64,000 bases of DNA from Lepidodermella squamata (GCA_047495785.1 JBLDXI010000042.1:1116001-1180000); one strand, 5' to 3'. Numbered from the stretch's first letter, positions 36,601-49,768 are shown. Numbers and translations: made by a program. Notes: generated by a model not told the origin, from the sequence alone.

Positions 36601-38525
36601 GGATTTCCTAATTTGAAACTGGAAATTCAATGTTCTTCTTTTCTAGAAATGAGCTGTGGATCAACTAAGGTGAAGTGTCAAAACGGCGGCTACCAAGATC
36701 CGAACAACTGCAGGAAATGCTTGTGCCCCGATGGCTTCGGAGGCGATGATTGCTTAGCGCTAGAGGCAACCTCATGTGGCGGCGTTGCTGAAATCAAAGC
36801 TGACGATGTTGCCTCTTTAACCTCGCCCGACCACCCGCGACCTTACAAGCCTAATATGCGCTGTGTTTGGCTGATCAGAGCGGTTCGTCGAAATAAGTTG
36901 ATAATTTCAATATTGCTCTCTTTTTTATAACTAGCCAAAAAGAAGCGGATTGCTGTTTGGGTTTGAAGACACGCCGCAAATTAAGCATTCGCAACATTTT
37001 AACGGTAACGATCAAATTTTGACATTCAAATCGTGTATTAGATTATTTTTGTGATTCAGGCATTTGCGAGGACTATGTTGAAATCAAAACCGACGCTGAC
37101 CCTACGAAAAGTGGGCCAAAGTAAGTTTCTTGTATCATATTAGACCGAACCGCCTCACATATGATTAGACTCCTTCAAATCTTTAAATTTAATAAATTTT
37201 GTTTAGATTTTGCCGAGCTGGAGTTTCATCTGGCCGCGTCGCTTGGACTGACCGAAATTGGGCTATCGTGATCTTCCAGTCATTCAAGAAGGGCGACTCG
37301 AGCAACACAGGCTTCAATCTCTTCATCTACGCAACTGCCGCCGGTGAGAAGGCGTCCGACCTAGCGAAAAGCGGTTGTAGAATCACGAAGAACGGCAACG
37401 ATTACGATGGGCCAGTTTCGACGACTGATTCAGGCAAACAATGTGCTAACTGGGAGAAGTTGAACCGCAGCGAACTGCACCCGAATCACTTCCCACAGGG
37501 TACAATGAAGGGCAACGCGTGTCGAATGCCGTACGGCAACGTCCGAGCTCCGATGTGTTTTCTCGCCTCTGATACTAGAAAATTCGAATATTGCTCAAAA
37601 ATTCCAGTCTGCGGCTCAACGGCTCGATCTGAAATCGGGAATGCGATGGCGAAACACTTCTTCCTCGCCGGCGAATCAACTGCAAGTGACGCATTCGAAA
37701 CTTGCCGTAAAGAAGGTGGCTACCCAGCTGTTCTAACTGACGATAACGATCTAGATAAAGCTGTTTCAACTCTCGATGGATCACCAGCTTGGATTGGACT
37801 GCGGTACCAGCCAAAGAATCAAGCTTTTTGGGTCGATGGGTCAACCTTTGATGCTGAAATCGATTCTGAAGCAGCGAATTGGTGTCTGAGTTATCGAGTT
37901 GAAGATGGAAAGGCTGTTTTCAAAGCTGACGAGTGCGCTGAAAAGAAGCCCGTTATCTGCCGGTTCTACCGATCTCCTAAGGTTAGCTTTCAAAGTGCAG
38001 GGAATTTTGACAAAATTTCGAATTTTTCAGGTGACACTCTATGATTATTTCACTGAGGAACTAGCTTGGCAGAATGCGGCGGAATTTTGCCGGGAAAAGG
38101 GTGGTTTCCTTGCGGTCGCATCTTCTGCTGTTGAGCTTGCAAAAATCGAGAAGATTATGCTGAATTTCGCCGATGAATCTGATAGTCGAGGCGCGTGGCT
38201 TGGAGCTAGAATTCCGGAAGTCGGGCGATGGAATTGGTTTGGCGGGATAGCTGTTTCGGAAGAACAAGCCCCGCAACAAGAGGGCGATCGTGAATGTGAT
38301 TACTTGCTCTTTTTCTCCTTGGCCTTGACTATTTCTTGTATCTTAGGTGGAGTTTTGGAACCAAAACGCGTTTTCTCTGCTGATTCTTGCGACGTGGCAA
38401 AACCAGTGCTTTGCGAGTATCTAAAAGCTGAGTCGGCTGAACATGATGTTGTCAAGCCTGCGAACGACGAGAGAATTCTGATACAAGCGGATACAGCCAA
38501 TGAAGAAGAAGATGATGTTTCCTGA
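33679..38525 (+). CDS. Astacin metalloprotease copy 2 (same domain order as copy 1)
   Basis: HEIGHALGLEHEQNRFD, SVMHY, EGF, CUB, kringle and two CTLs; exon-for-exon paralogue of copy 1. Confidence 0.9.
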
Positions 38526-40075
38526 TAATTGATAATATCGACCTTTTGTGTTAACAATTTCTCCATGTTAATTGTTTGATCAATTTCGTCATACGTTTCA
38601 TGATATCAGACGTTACTTTCACTCGTAACGAATGGGAAAATGTTCAACCAGTTCTCACAAGTTACTACACTCTCATAAAAGTCCCGTTATAGCCCTATAC
38701 AAAAAGAATAAAGACGCGGGAAGAACTTTGTCACTTTCTTTTGGGATAAAGGGACAAAATAGCCGCGAGCAGTGATAAAAGCTTCTAAAAGGTCCCTTTG
38801 TCATCGTGTAATTGTCCCTTACTTAAAACGTGACAAAGTTCTTCCCGCGTACCCATTCTCCTCTACGCAATGGAGGAGAACAAAGACAACTATAATGTTA
38901 AATTTATCTTCGTTTCATCGTAATATTGATTGATAAAACGCAAAGGTCCCGTTATTTCGATGATTATGAGTGACGTTTGTAGTCCATCCGTGGGTTCATT
39001 CATTATTTTTATTCATATTGTTGATCTATCGATCTTCTGAGTTCAGAAGATACTCAACGCTCAGAATCTAATACAATCTATTATCCTATACTAAGGGCGT
39101 CAAATGAGGTGTCAGGGAAGTGGTAAGAGCAAAGGTAGATAAAGGCGGTCATGGGTAGTAGATGGAGTCCAAGGTTCAAGTTGAAGATCGACGCGAGATG
39201 GAATTTCACTGAAAATTATTCTTTGACCCCACTCCTGAGTAATCAGCGTGTATTCCAGCCAATTTATTTGCATATGCACAAAATTTATCAGCCTTTATGA
39301 CAAAGTGACATTTTTAGTTTTACCTAAAAAATATGTTAGTTTTTGAGCACTGAAAATGTCCCTTTGTCAATTGGCAAAATTTCTCTCTGATTCGGGTTTT
39401 GTTTTGCATTGAAACTGTCCCTTTAGCCTACTAAGGGACAATTAAAGCCGATAAAGGGACAAGTGGCAAGATTTCAAAATGTACACGTTCCTTTACCCAT
39501 TAAAGGACATTTATGAAAATATAAAGTGACATTTGCGTTTAGAATGGGACCGAAAAGTGGGGTACGGGACTTTTTTGAGAGTGTATGATAAAATAAAGTT
39601 TTTTCACCGAAGTGTATGGAGAATCTGAAAATTATTACACTCCAGTTCTGCGAGTATAGGGCCCCAGCTCGAGAGGTCCCAGCGTAAGAAACCCTGATGT
39701 TACCATGGGGGTCCTTTGGTCCAAAAGTTTGATGCCGAAATATACCACCTAGCCCGAGGATTCCGTTTCGCACACTGTAAAAATCTTGAAAATCTGTTGA
39801 TGCTAGGTGTTAAAGTGGAAAAGTTTTCAAATTTCGACGGCTGCCACACCTGCTGTGAAATTATTTTGCTAGCGCAGGTCAAATATACGTCAAGAAGTGA
39901 TTTATTATGTTCAACTGCCTAGTTTAGAAATCAAAAAGTAATTCACAATATTTCATATACCTGAATTGTTGGTATGATGTAAGTTATAGCACATGTGTTC
40001 GCTTATGGCCAGCCGAAAGAATACAAGTCACAAATTATTGAGCAGTAATCCAGCGATCGCTATAATAGAAGGGTT

Positions 40076-43000
40076 TCAAAACAGGGCGGGAATGAAGAAA
40101 GATGCGCAGTTGATTTCGACGATACGCTGTTGGTAGAGAGTCAGTGCTTCATTGAAAACGTTGAGACAAGCAAAACTGCCTGTGAGCGTTTCGTATTCGA
40201 CAGCCCAAGATCTAATGAGTGCAATTCAAATAGAGCTGAATAGTTGAGGTTTAACAAGAATTAGGTCAAGCTTACCGGCCCATCATGAACTTGCCGGTTT
40301 GAGTGATTGGTCTCGATGACAATTGGGCACCCTGATTGCCCTTCCAGTCGCACAGAAAAGACATTTTGCTGGTATTCGAGTTGAAAGTCGTGGTGACGAA
40401 ATTCCATTCTAAGTTTTCCGGGCAACTGGCAGAAACGGAAAAGCCGTCATAAGGCCTCGCCACGTAAGATTGATCGGCCGCCAAGAATTTGAGTCCTACG
40501 CCTGAGGAGGCAGGTTCATATTCTAATATCGGCAATTGTAGATTACCAAAATGCCTAAGGCTGAAGAACGCAAAGGTAAAATCGCCAGTTTCCAGCTTAA
40601 CCTTGTCAGAAGTCACGACAATCGGGTCCGATGTGTCGAAGAAAAGCGCCGAGCGTACCGAGAAGAACGGGCCGGGAGTCAATTCTAGTTCCGTGTTTGG
40701 GGGAGTTGCATTAGCGATAGGATCGACGCGATCCGATAAATCAGAAACCAGCGGCCACAGACCTATGTGTGAGGGAATCAGAGTTTTCAATGACTCTGCT
40801 GGCCACGTTTTCCCAGCGTGGATCTGAAGGCATCTTCTGCGAAGAATCCATAGCTGTTGAGTGGAGAGGGCTTGCTTGAATACGGATAGGCACGACATTT
40901 GACCCGGGAAGCTGATGGAGTTGTCGAAGCTTCGGCCGACTCTCATTCTGGTACTCGTTTTCGGTACAGGTACTACTACCGCGAAGCTGACCGAGTCGCA
41001 CATCGCAGTCACTTTTCCAATAGAAGGGTCGTATATGAATGCGAAGTAGGTCCAAGAGTTGAATTGGCTATCGATTGATCGGCAGGTGACGAAATTCCCA
41101 GCAGATGCATCTGCAATTGTAGGAAAATTAGGCATTTGTTGAGCATAATAAAAATGGCTCTAATTCTCTCGAGTCGCAGGGAAGGTCCCCCCCAGTTCGC
41201 AAGGCCGAGGTGGATAACCCGGGTGGATAAAATTCGGGCCTGAAAATAGCCCCGAGGATCCTTGGCCTAATAGGTGGGCAATTTTAGAAAAAAAGTCCTA
41301 TGTGGCCTTAGATCCTGAATCGCATCCTGGGATAAGATTTCTAGTGATTATTTAGCAAATTTTTCCCTTACCTCTGTATACATTAAAGGCATTGTTTGAA
41401 GGGTTGTAGTAGGCACGAAAAAGTGATGTACTATTGTCGTAGAACTCGATAACTGGAAAATTTGAGTTGCTAAAATCGGAGAAGCCAGCGTAGATCGCTA
41501 TGGTGAAGGATGACTGAAGTGCACTAAGTTTGCTACTAGCGATTTCCAAATAGCCAGCTGTGGCACCGACAGCGAGCGCAGTAGAAGGGAAGTTGAAAGG
41601 GCCGCTGGTAAAGGTCACCGAACCTCCGGAGAAAGTTGCGTTCACGTCATTACCGCTGATATCCCTTATGTCGAACGCTTGCGTTAGCGGGAAAAAAGCC
41701 AGCTCTTGAGGTAGCCCGAATACAGACTCTGGAGATCATGACCTAATTTTGAACAAAATCGATTGGAAATGGTGAAAACGCACGTTGTTCGCAAAGCGTC
41801 AAGGTATCAAACACTGATGAACCAGGAATTTGCGGCTAAATTACAGGAAGAAATGTTCACAGAAAAATCTCATTTTAAAAATTACCCAGGCTTCCGAGCA
41901 ATTGCTGGTAACTACTGTACAGTAGGTTTTCATCAGCAATTTGTTGGCGCAAATTTTGTACTGTGGATAAGCCATAAGGTAGAGCTATAACTTGAAATTT
42001 AAAATCTTACCGTAACTGGGTTGCAATTGCTTTCCAATGAATATATCAAGCTCCCATTCTATAAAAAATGAAGGATCAATAGAAGGAAGAATCTCGTTTC
42101 CGAAATTACGTTAATTTCAGGATTAGGACAAGTTGTGCCATTAAAGCAGCCATTGTAAGAATTATCGGTGTAGAAGCAGCGAATGTACGAGGGGGCAGCT
42201 GTAATATAGATCAATTATGAATTATTAGTAAAATTCGCTGAAATACCTTTGCAAATAGCAAATGAGTCATATGAGACTTCATCTTGGTTTGGAATCTTCG
42301 AATAGAAAGCTTATATAACTTGAGCACATGTCGTTGTAGTACAACTCACCGTCGATGTTGGACAGCTCGAGCCAACTGGAACGCAAATCGCGAAGACCTT
42401 AGTGTTGGAATCAAAACATTTCTTATGTTTCCCCTGCAAAGAAAATAGAAAACTTTAAGGTAAGTTAAGCCAAGCTGCGTTAGGTACCTGAGTGGCAGTA
42501 ACGCGTGTTTCAAAATTGGAGGCAAAACTTGTCGAATTCGACCCGATGATCCCGAGCTGTAAAAAAAGTCATTAAACAAAGAAATTAAAGGAAAAATAAC
42601 AAAATTAATTACATCATATTTTCCAGTTCCGTTTGGACATGAATCAAGGCAGCTACCCCCAGTTGCAGTATCGTAGCACATATTGATTGGCTAGTAACAT
42701 GATTATTCCATATAATTCGATAGAATTTGAAACGAAATACCCCAGTTTCGCAAGCTGCTTTCGTCGGTAAAACAGATTGACTCGGTGTCTGTAAAGCAAA
42801 CAAAAATAAAAGGATTTGCTTTCATGATATCAACTTACATCTGTTCCATCGCATGGCAACTGAGCTGGCTTACAACCGGAAAATTTCGGCTCTGTTGAAC
42901 CAAAACAGCGCTTATGAGGAAAAAAAGACTGAGGAGCTAGGAGGAAAATACAAAAAATCTTAGAAATTAAGTCAATTTAAAAAAAAACCGGATTCGCATT

Positions 43001-44477
43001 CGCCTTGATTCGAAAAGGTCACACCAGCCGAAAACTGATTTGTACTACCGTCTGGGCAATTTTCACTGTTATCAGTCGGTACGCATTTGACCAGAGCGTA
43101 GGTTTGCGAGTTCAGACACAACTGCTGCGGTTTCTAGAAATAAAGTTGAGTTTCGAAGTAGAAGAGCCGAAACTTTATTCCAATGCCTACAATATACTGG
43201 GCAAGATCGGTCAAACATCCAGCATAGTTCGAACCGAAATCCTTCGTTGTTTTGAATGTTGCCACCTGAGTAAAAATAATGACATTTTCTTTTCATAGGA
43301 GAAGAAATATCCTACCAAGCTCATGGGCGATCTGCATGCCCCTCGGCAAACCAACGAGGAATCAGATTTACATAACGCTGCTGGCTAGAAGCAGTAAAGA
43401 GGACGAATTTACGCAAAAGTATCAGTTGTTCCAACTAACCCCATCTGAGCAATGGCTTTTGTCGATGTATATTCCGCCGCTGAAGTCCTGGAATAACAGC
43501 ATTGAGTCCAAGTTTTCATTTGGAAAGAAGAACTAACCTGAGTTTGTGAGGTAACATTGCAACCAGGGGTAGCAGCTTTGCATCCTGCGAAGGAGCGATC
43601 AGCTTTCCAGAAGCAGCGAACGTGAGAGGAATAGTCCGGATTCCTGGCGACTAGACATAGAAACAAACAAAAATGGCTGGAAAAATGGTCGCTTCCGAGC
43701 AATAGCAAACCTGGAATCTCGTTTAGGCAGTCATTCAAAGTGATTTTAGGCGGCAATTCAAGCTGGAAAAATTGCAACAAAATTATAGAAATGTTCTTCA
43801 AACCCAAATTCAAATTTTAAACTTGAAATTGAAGCACGAAAAAATACCTACCCATCCCGCTGAACAGTTGCTTTCTATGGGAATGCAGGTAATGACGGAG
43901 TTTTTCGAACACTGTTTCGCCGGGTTACTCTGATCAAGATAAAAATTGAAGTTCTACAAATCCATAAATTTTGTTAATAATACCATGTAAGGCCGAATTG
44001 TATCGATGCAAGCTTTGTATCGGGGCTTGAACGACAATCCCGCAAAATCAACGTGCTTGAATAAAAATTTATAATTTTGTTAAGAAAGAAAATCAAGTTA
44101 ATTTTACCTGAATTTCGTCGTTTGAGCATGACCCCATTTGAGGAAGACATCGAAGAGTGAACAGTTTCGTGTTGTAGCAGCTGCGGGTAGACTATATAGG
44201 CTTTGCTAAGCCATAGCTCCAACCAAAGATCGTTTTTGATAAAACTTACGCCCTGTGTACAGGTTGAATAACTTGAAAAATTCGGACCAAGCTGAATTGA
44301 AATACAATGATCAAAGCACGTTGTAATTTCCAGTAAAAATACATGGGCTTCATCGAATACGTCGCAATCATCTTTGCAGGCGATGAATTCGTCACTCCAG
44401 CGTGAAAAGCATCGCTTGTAGCAGTCACAGCAGCTAAAGGCGATTGCTAACAGCAGTAAACCTTCTACGAGCTTCAT
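40076..44477 (-). CDS. Secreted protein: ~11 four-Cys repeats plus two LamG/concanavalin-like domains (~20 exons)
   Basis: Signal peptide MKLVEGLLLLAIAFSCCDC; short GT-AG introns keep frame; C-terminal LAFFPLTQAFDIRDISGN...SFTIAIY...WTYFAFIYD...FPGQMSCLSVFKQALS and a second similar unit (IGLWPL...DFTFAFF...WNFVTTTFN...CLNVFNEALT). Confidence 0.8.
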
Positions 44478-45065
44478 TTATAAAAATAAATCAACGAAAA
44501 TAAATGAGTTATTTTTCGCCTCAGCGTTTTTTGAAGCAATTCTATGGCACGAGCGTGTTTATCGCCTGTTTTTTTGATGTGTTTACATACTACGATGCAT
44601 TTAATTTTTGCACTGGAAAGAGAACGGACAAGGCTGGCACGGTGAGCATTATGGTGGTACATGCTTGTTTATCGCTATTTCATAATCACGAGATTTACGA
44701 GGTTTCCAAACTTGTTCAGCTTCGGAGTAGCTAAAAGGCATTTCTTTCTGTTACAGAACTTGTAGCCAAGAGTTGAAGGAATTAATTCAAGCTATGGATT
44801 TAGAAGGATGCGAAAATAAGCATTCAATCACGAAGCCCCAATTCAAATCGAGAGAAACTTTCATCGATTGACCATCTGCCTGGTTGACTCAACTTTAACC
44901 CGAGGCTGAGCAAAATTAATTGACACAAAATACTGCCGGATTTTAATTTATTAGTTTGTTAAAAGCCACATAGGAACTCATCTCTCAACTTTGCTACGGC
45001 AAAGTGCTGTCAGTGGTTCGGAACAGGTTCATCCTCATCTTAATCTCCCTTGAGTAGCTTCAAAC

Positions 45066-45352
45066 TTAAGTCACAAGCCGCCTGCCTGCGGCCTCTTCTG
45101 CTGGGTCTGCCCTTGCACCTTCCTCTCGCCCAGCTGTGATTTGATATTGCGTGATGCAGTCAATGTACGGCTGGGCTGACTCGGTATTACTGGGAATTTG
45201 CGCTATGCAACTCAACTGAGCAGCATTCAGGCGATCTGCCCCAGCTACAGCAGCAACAGTAACCTGTAAAATATGTCTTAGGATCAGCCATGTGGAGAAA
45301 CTTGATACGAAAGCTTTACCAAAATTGCAATAATTGAAGCTAGCTTAGCCAT
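45066..45352 (-). CDS. Small secreted peptide precursor, copy 1 (76 aa; exons 45352-45320, 45263-45066)
   Basis: MAKLASIIAILVTVAAVAGADRLNAAQLSCIAQIPSNTESAQPYIDCITQYQITAGREEGARADPAEEAAGRRLVT*. Confidence 0.85.
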
Positions 45353-46779
45353 AGTTAATACAATTTATTTTTGTTATGAGGAAAGGAAACGAAAAGAATG
45401 AAGAAAAGGATGAGCGGCATCTCGATCCTATAGTCGTCGGCCTGCTGAGCAAACAATAACCGATTATGTCACAGGAGGATAATACCATTGGCTATAGACA
45501 TGTTTAGACATAACATTTTGCCAACATTTTGAATGAAAAGTTCGTCCGTGATGTGGCTTGCTGGGGTCCTCTTCATTCTGCCTCCCGGTGTGTTACTTTC
45601 ACGGTCATGAACTAATCAATATTTTCAACCAGAAAAAATGTGTGTTTTAGCTAGGCATACTCAACTAAGCTTCACTCAGTGCCATTATCTTCTCTCTGAG
45701 ATATGAGCTACAGCATCAGAATGCAACCAGTAAAATTGTGTAAAGCAAATTTCAAGCAAATTTCAAACAAGGAAAGATTTGTACCCTGATATCTTACCAT
45801 TAGAAGGATTAAGGCTAGCTTTGCCTTGATTATCAAAACTGTCGAAAATTACAAGATCTTGCAAGCTTTCCAAGATCATTTATTGTCAATTCATACCATT
45901 GATTTATCTTGAATCGACAGGCTACGAGCTGATAAACGAAAACGATGCGGTTATGCGTTTGTTTTGCTAGCTACTGAATGAATAGCACCACAGTTTTATT
46001 CATCTTATTACCCCGACTAGTTTTAATGAAGCAAACCTATGGTAAAGAACTCTTTACAGAAGATTTAGCTACGCATTTCATTTTTCACAGCTGATCCTGA
46101 CAGCATTTCAGATTGCGTTTGCCGGAACTAAATTTACTGTAGCGGAACCAAATTTGCTGTTAGCGGAACCACATTTTGAAATTTTCTAGATTCTAGAGGC
46201 CTGAAATGACCTTGTGGATTTTTCTGCGGGTCAAGATTGAGCAAAAGAATTCTACAAAAAACACCAGTAAATTCAGCGTAACATTCTCTATAAGACAGCG
46301 TGGTCAATTCAGAACTCGTGCTTCACCTAAAATTTGCAGAATTATTAAAAAAATCTTGGCATATTGCATATTTCGACTTTGGTTCCGCAAAATGTAAATT
46401 TGGTTCCGCTCACCCACACCGTACATTTGGTTCCCATAAAAGATATTCCGTTTCAGATTTTCCAATCCGATTCACTGACCACAGCGAATTTTGGCCCTGT
46501 AACAACCGGCGGTCCTTTCCGGTTAACCCGGTCCGGTCCTCTTCCGGACCGGAGCTCCAGCTAAAATCGCATCACCTGACCACTTATCCTGCTGACTGCA
46601 GACCCTAAGCTTGATACGAGTCTGAACTCTAAACAACAATGTGATCCCGGCAAACTAGCCAGAAAAAACCACATTATAACGATATTTTTATTCGTTATCT
46701 GTAAACCAAATCCATCAGATTAGTTTCCCTACTACGACAGCTTGCTCATTATCATCTCACTTGCGCGGCAACAATGTTG

Positions 46780-47090
46780 TTAGAAAACCCGCTTTCTGGC
46801 CCCCTCTTTAGCAGGGTCTGCGCGAGCGGCTTCCTCTGGCTCAGCTTCCTCTCGTCCAGCAGTGATTTGATATTGTGTGATGCAGTCAATGTACGGCTGG
46901 GCTGACTCGGTATTACTGGGAATTTGCGCTATGCAACTCAACTGAGCAGCATTCAGCCGATCTGCCCCAGCTACAGCAGCAACAGCAACAACAACCTGTA
47001 AAATATACAATAGGTTCAGCGATGAAGCGATGAAGTGGAAAGTCTTAAAAGTTGTACCAGAACTGCGATAATTGAAGCTAGCTTAGTCAT
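46780..47090 (-). CDS. Small secreted peptide precursor, copy 2 (82 aa; exons 47090-47058, 46995-46780)
   Basis: MTKLASIIAVLVVVAVAAVAGADRLNAAQLSCIAQIPSNTESAQPYIDCITQYQITAGREEAEPEEAARADPAKEGARKRVF*. Confidence 0.85.
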
Positions 47091-48495
47091 AGTAAAGAAA
47101 AGTTTTTATGAGAAGTGCAAAAGAAAAGAATGAAGAAAAGGATGAGCAGGCATCTCGAAATGCATCTCGAAATGCCGTTTCCTATAGTCATCGGCCCGCT
47201 GAGTAAACAATAACCGATTATCTCATGGAAGGATATTATCATCGGCTAGACACATTCAGACTTAACATTTTGCCAAAGTGTATGAAAATTTCGACCGTGC
47301 TGTGGCTTCAGGTACTCTGCCTACCAAGGCCTTTGCCTTCCTTCCGCCTTTAAATGCTACGTCTCGATCATGGTTCCATCCTAGTTTATGGAATGATCCA
47401 ACGCGCCTCATACGGCAAGAACAGCCAGATACGAAGGGGTGTTTTGTTAGGCATTTATTCAGCGCCCTTTTCTGTCAGAGCTACAGCAGCAAAAGCAAAT
47501 TTCAAACAAGAAGTGAATCTGACCACTATGATTTATAACCATTATAGAATGCTTATGGCTGGGATTAAAATTTATGGAAATTACCAGATCCCACGGATGA
47601 TCACACAAATAATATTACCGCTGGGATGCAGGGTTGCTATGAGCGAGCTAAGTTTTCATCATATTTATAATGTCGGCTTGTTTTTATATTGAAGCAATTG
47701 GGAAAAGCAGCATTCCATATTACAAATAGCTAGCTAATAGCCCTTTTCGCTAAGAATTTCCCGCAAGCGGGTGAGCTATGCATTTCATTGTTATCAGCTG
47801 ATCCTGCCCTGTCGGGTGAAGTTGGACGTTTGTGGACCTTTTGGTCTTTCTAAAAAGACCGCAGGCCATGGTCGTCCATTTTGTGAAATAGATTTTTGCA
47901 AAATAATCGGAAAATTAGTAAAAAATGGACCACGGATGGCCAAAACCTCTCTGCGCCGAAAATACCAAATGTTTCACATGCTTTTGCGCGGTCTCATCGG
48001 CACGACGGTGGTAATATTGAACACCGCGGAAATACACGATAAGTTCGCAATAATTCGACTAGACGTGAACTAAGGATGACAGGCCAAATTAGGCCAACAG
48101 TTAACCGCTAATTTTTGCAACTTTCCTGGCGAATTTCGATACTCAACTTCGCAACTTCGCAACTTTTCGCCAGAAAATGTGTAAGTCTTGAGAAATGTGC
48201 GGAAATAATCGCAGTCGAAATAGAATGGGACTCGACGGATTCCTCACTAACTCTATAACCTAGAAAAAAGCTTCCTTATTCGTTCATGAGCTAGTTATCC
48301 CGATTAAATCGGATATAGATTGTAGGTTTTAATACGATAAAATTTAATGCATTAGAGTTAAAAAGTTTAAATTAAGATGAATGCAATTCGAAAAATTCGA
48401 AAATTCGTAAGAAATTAAGGATGGGCATTCGACAAGGAAAAAATTGAGCAATCTAAATTCCAATTTTGTCGCTGCCTTAAAATTTTGTCTTAAAT

Positions 48496-49768
48496 CAGTG
48501 GTTCGCAAATACCTTTCCCCAGATGCGCAAGAGTGGCGCACGCGGCCGGTCCTACGTGCGCCACTCTTGCATATTGTATTCTCCTCAAGCCAATTGCAAA
48601 GAACTAATATTCAGGATGTTTCTCATGAATAATTTGGGTTTCTGCGAATTTTGCCAAGTTGAACTTCTTCATATTATATCATAGGTCAATATTGGTTGTT
48701 AGAAACGTTTTGTTGCTAGCATAGACTGAATAATGTCTATGGTTGCAAGTTACCTCGCTCAAAAATGAACATGTGTGTTCCGCGTTCCGCATTGGTTCAA
48801 ATTATAAGTTATCTGAACAAATTATATGAGCGATGCGAGGAAATTTTGAGGATTTTCCCTCTAAAAAGGCTCCGAAATCTTCTAAAAATGAGGACTTCCA
48901 GACTTCGACTTTGTTTATTACATTCATTCCGATTAGTTGTTACATTGTGACATGTGTAGCATGCTTGAACACACTACCTAAACCTAGAAAATCGAACACT
49001 TAGCTGTCAGGGAGTTTAACACTTTAACTGCCAAAATAGACTGCGAGGTCCGATATTTGGGTCTAATTCCTGGGTCTGTCAAAAAGTCATTTTTTTCGGG
49101 TCAACGATGCGTCGAGGGGCAAAATGCTTGACGGCAAAATGTAGGCCATGACCTGGTGGTTCTTTTGACTCCGAATTTGGGGCCACAAGGTCTGAGCAGG
49201 TCATTGAAAATGACAGTGAAATAACGTCGAAAATTTTGGATTAGAGCCAAAAATCAGACCCAAGAATTGGACCTAATTATTAGACCCAGATTATGGCGCA
49301 ACAATCGAAATTTCACTGTTTTTCAAGTTTGATTTCTGTGCGTTCCTTGAAGTCTTTGGCCCCAAATTCGTCAAAAGAACCGCCAGGTCATGGCCTACAT
49401 TTTGCTGTCAGGCATTTTGCCCCTCGACGCATCGTTGACCCGAAAAAAATGACTTTTTGACAGACCCAGGAATTAGACCCAAATATCGGACCTCGCAGTC
49501 TATTTTTGGCAGTTAAAGTGTTAACGGAAGAAACCTGGCGAGCGAAGCGAGCTAAATTTTTATCATTTGCACTCTTAAAAAGCTGAAAATAGCCTAAAAA
49601 TGACAGAAAACCGATGTCCTTCAACTTATAAAACGTCTATAGAAGGAGTGGAATCGCTGGCCAGAGAGAGTTGGCTTAAAGGCTCCGCGTGCGCCAATGC
49701 GCATGCGTGCGAAACTGATCTTTCGAAATGCGCCAATGCGCACGGGTGCGCCACTTTGCGAACCGCTG
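48496..49768. mobile_element. Non-autonomous hAT-like element
   Basis: TIR CAGTGGTTCGCAAA / TTTGCGAACCGCTG; 8-bp TSD TCTTAAAT. Confidence 0.88.
49020..49520. mobile_element. piggyBac-like MITE nested in the hAT element
   Basis: TTAA|CACTTTAACTGCC...GGCAGTTAAAGTG|TTAA with ~150-bp near-perfect TIRs. Confidence 0.88.
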
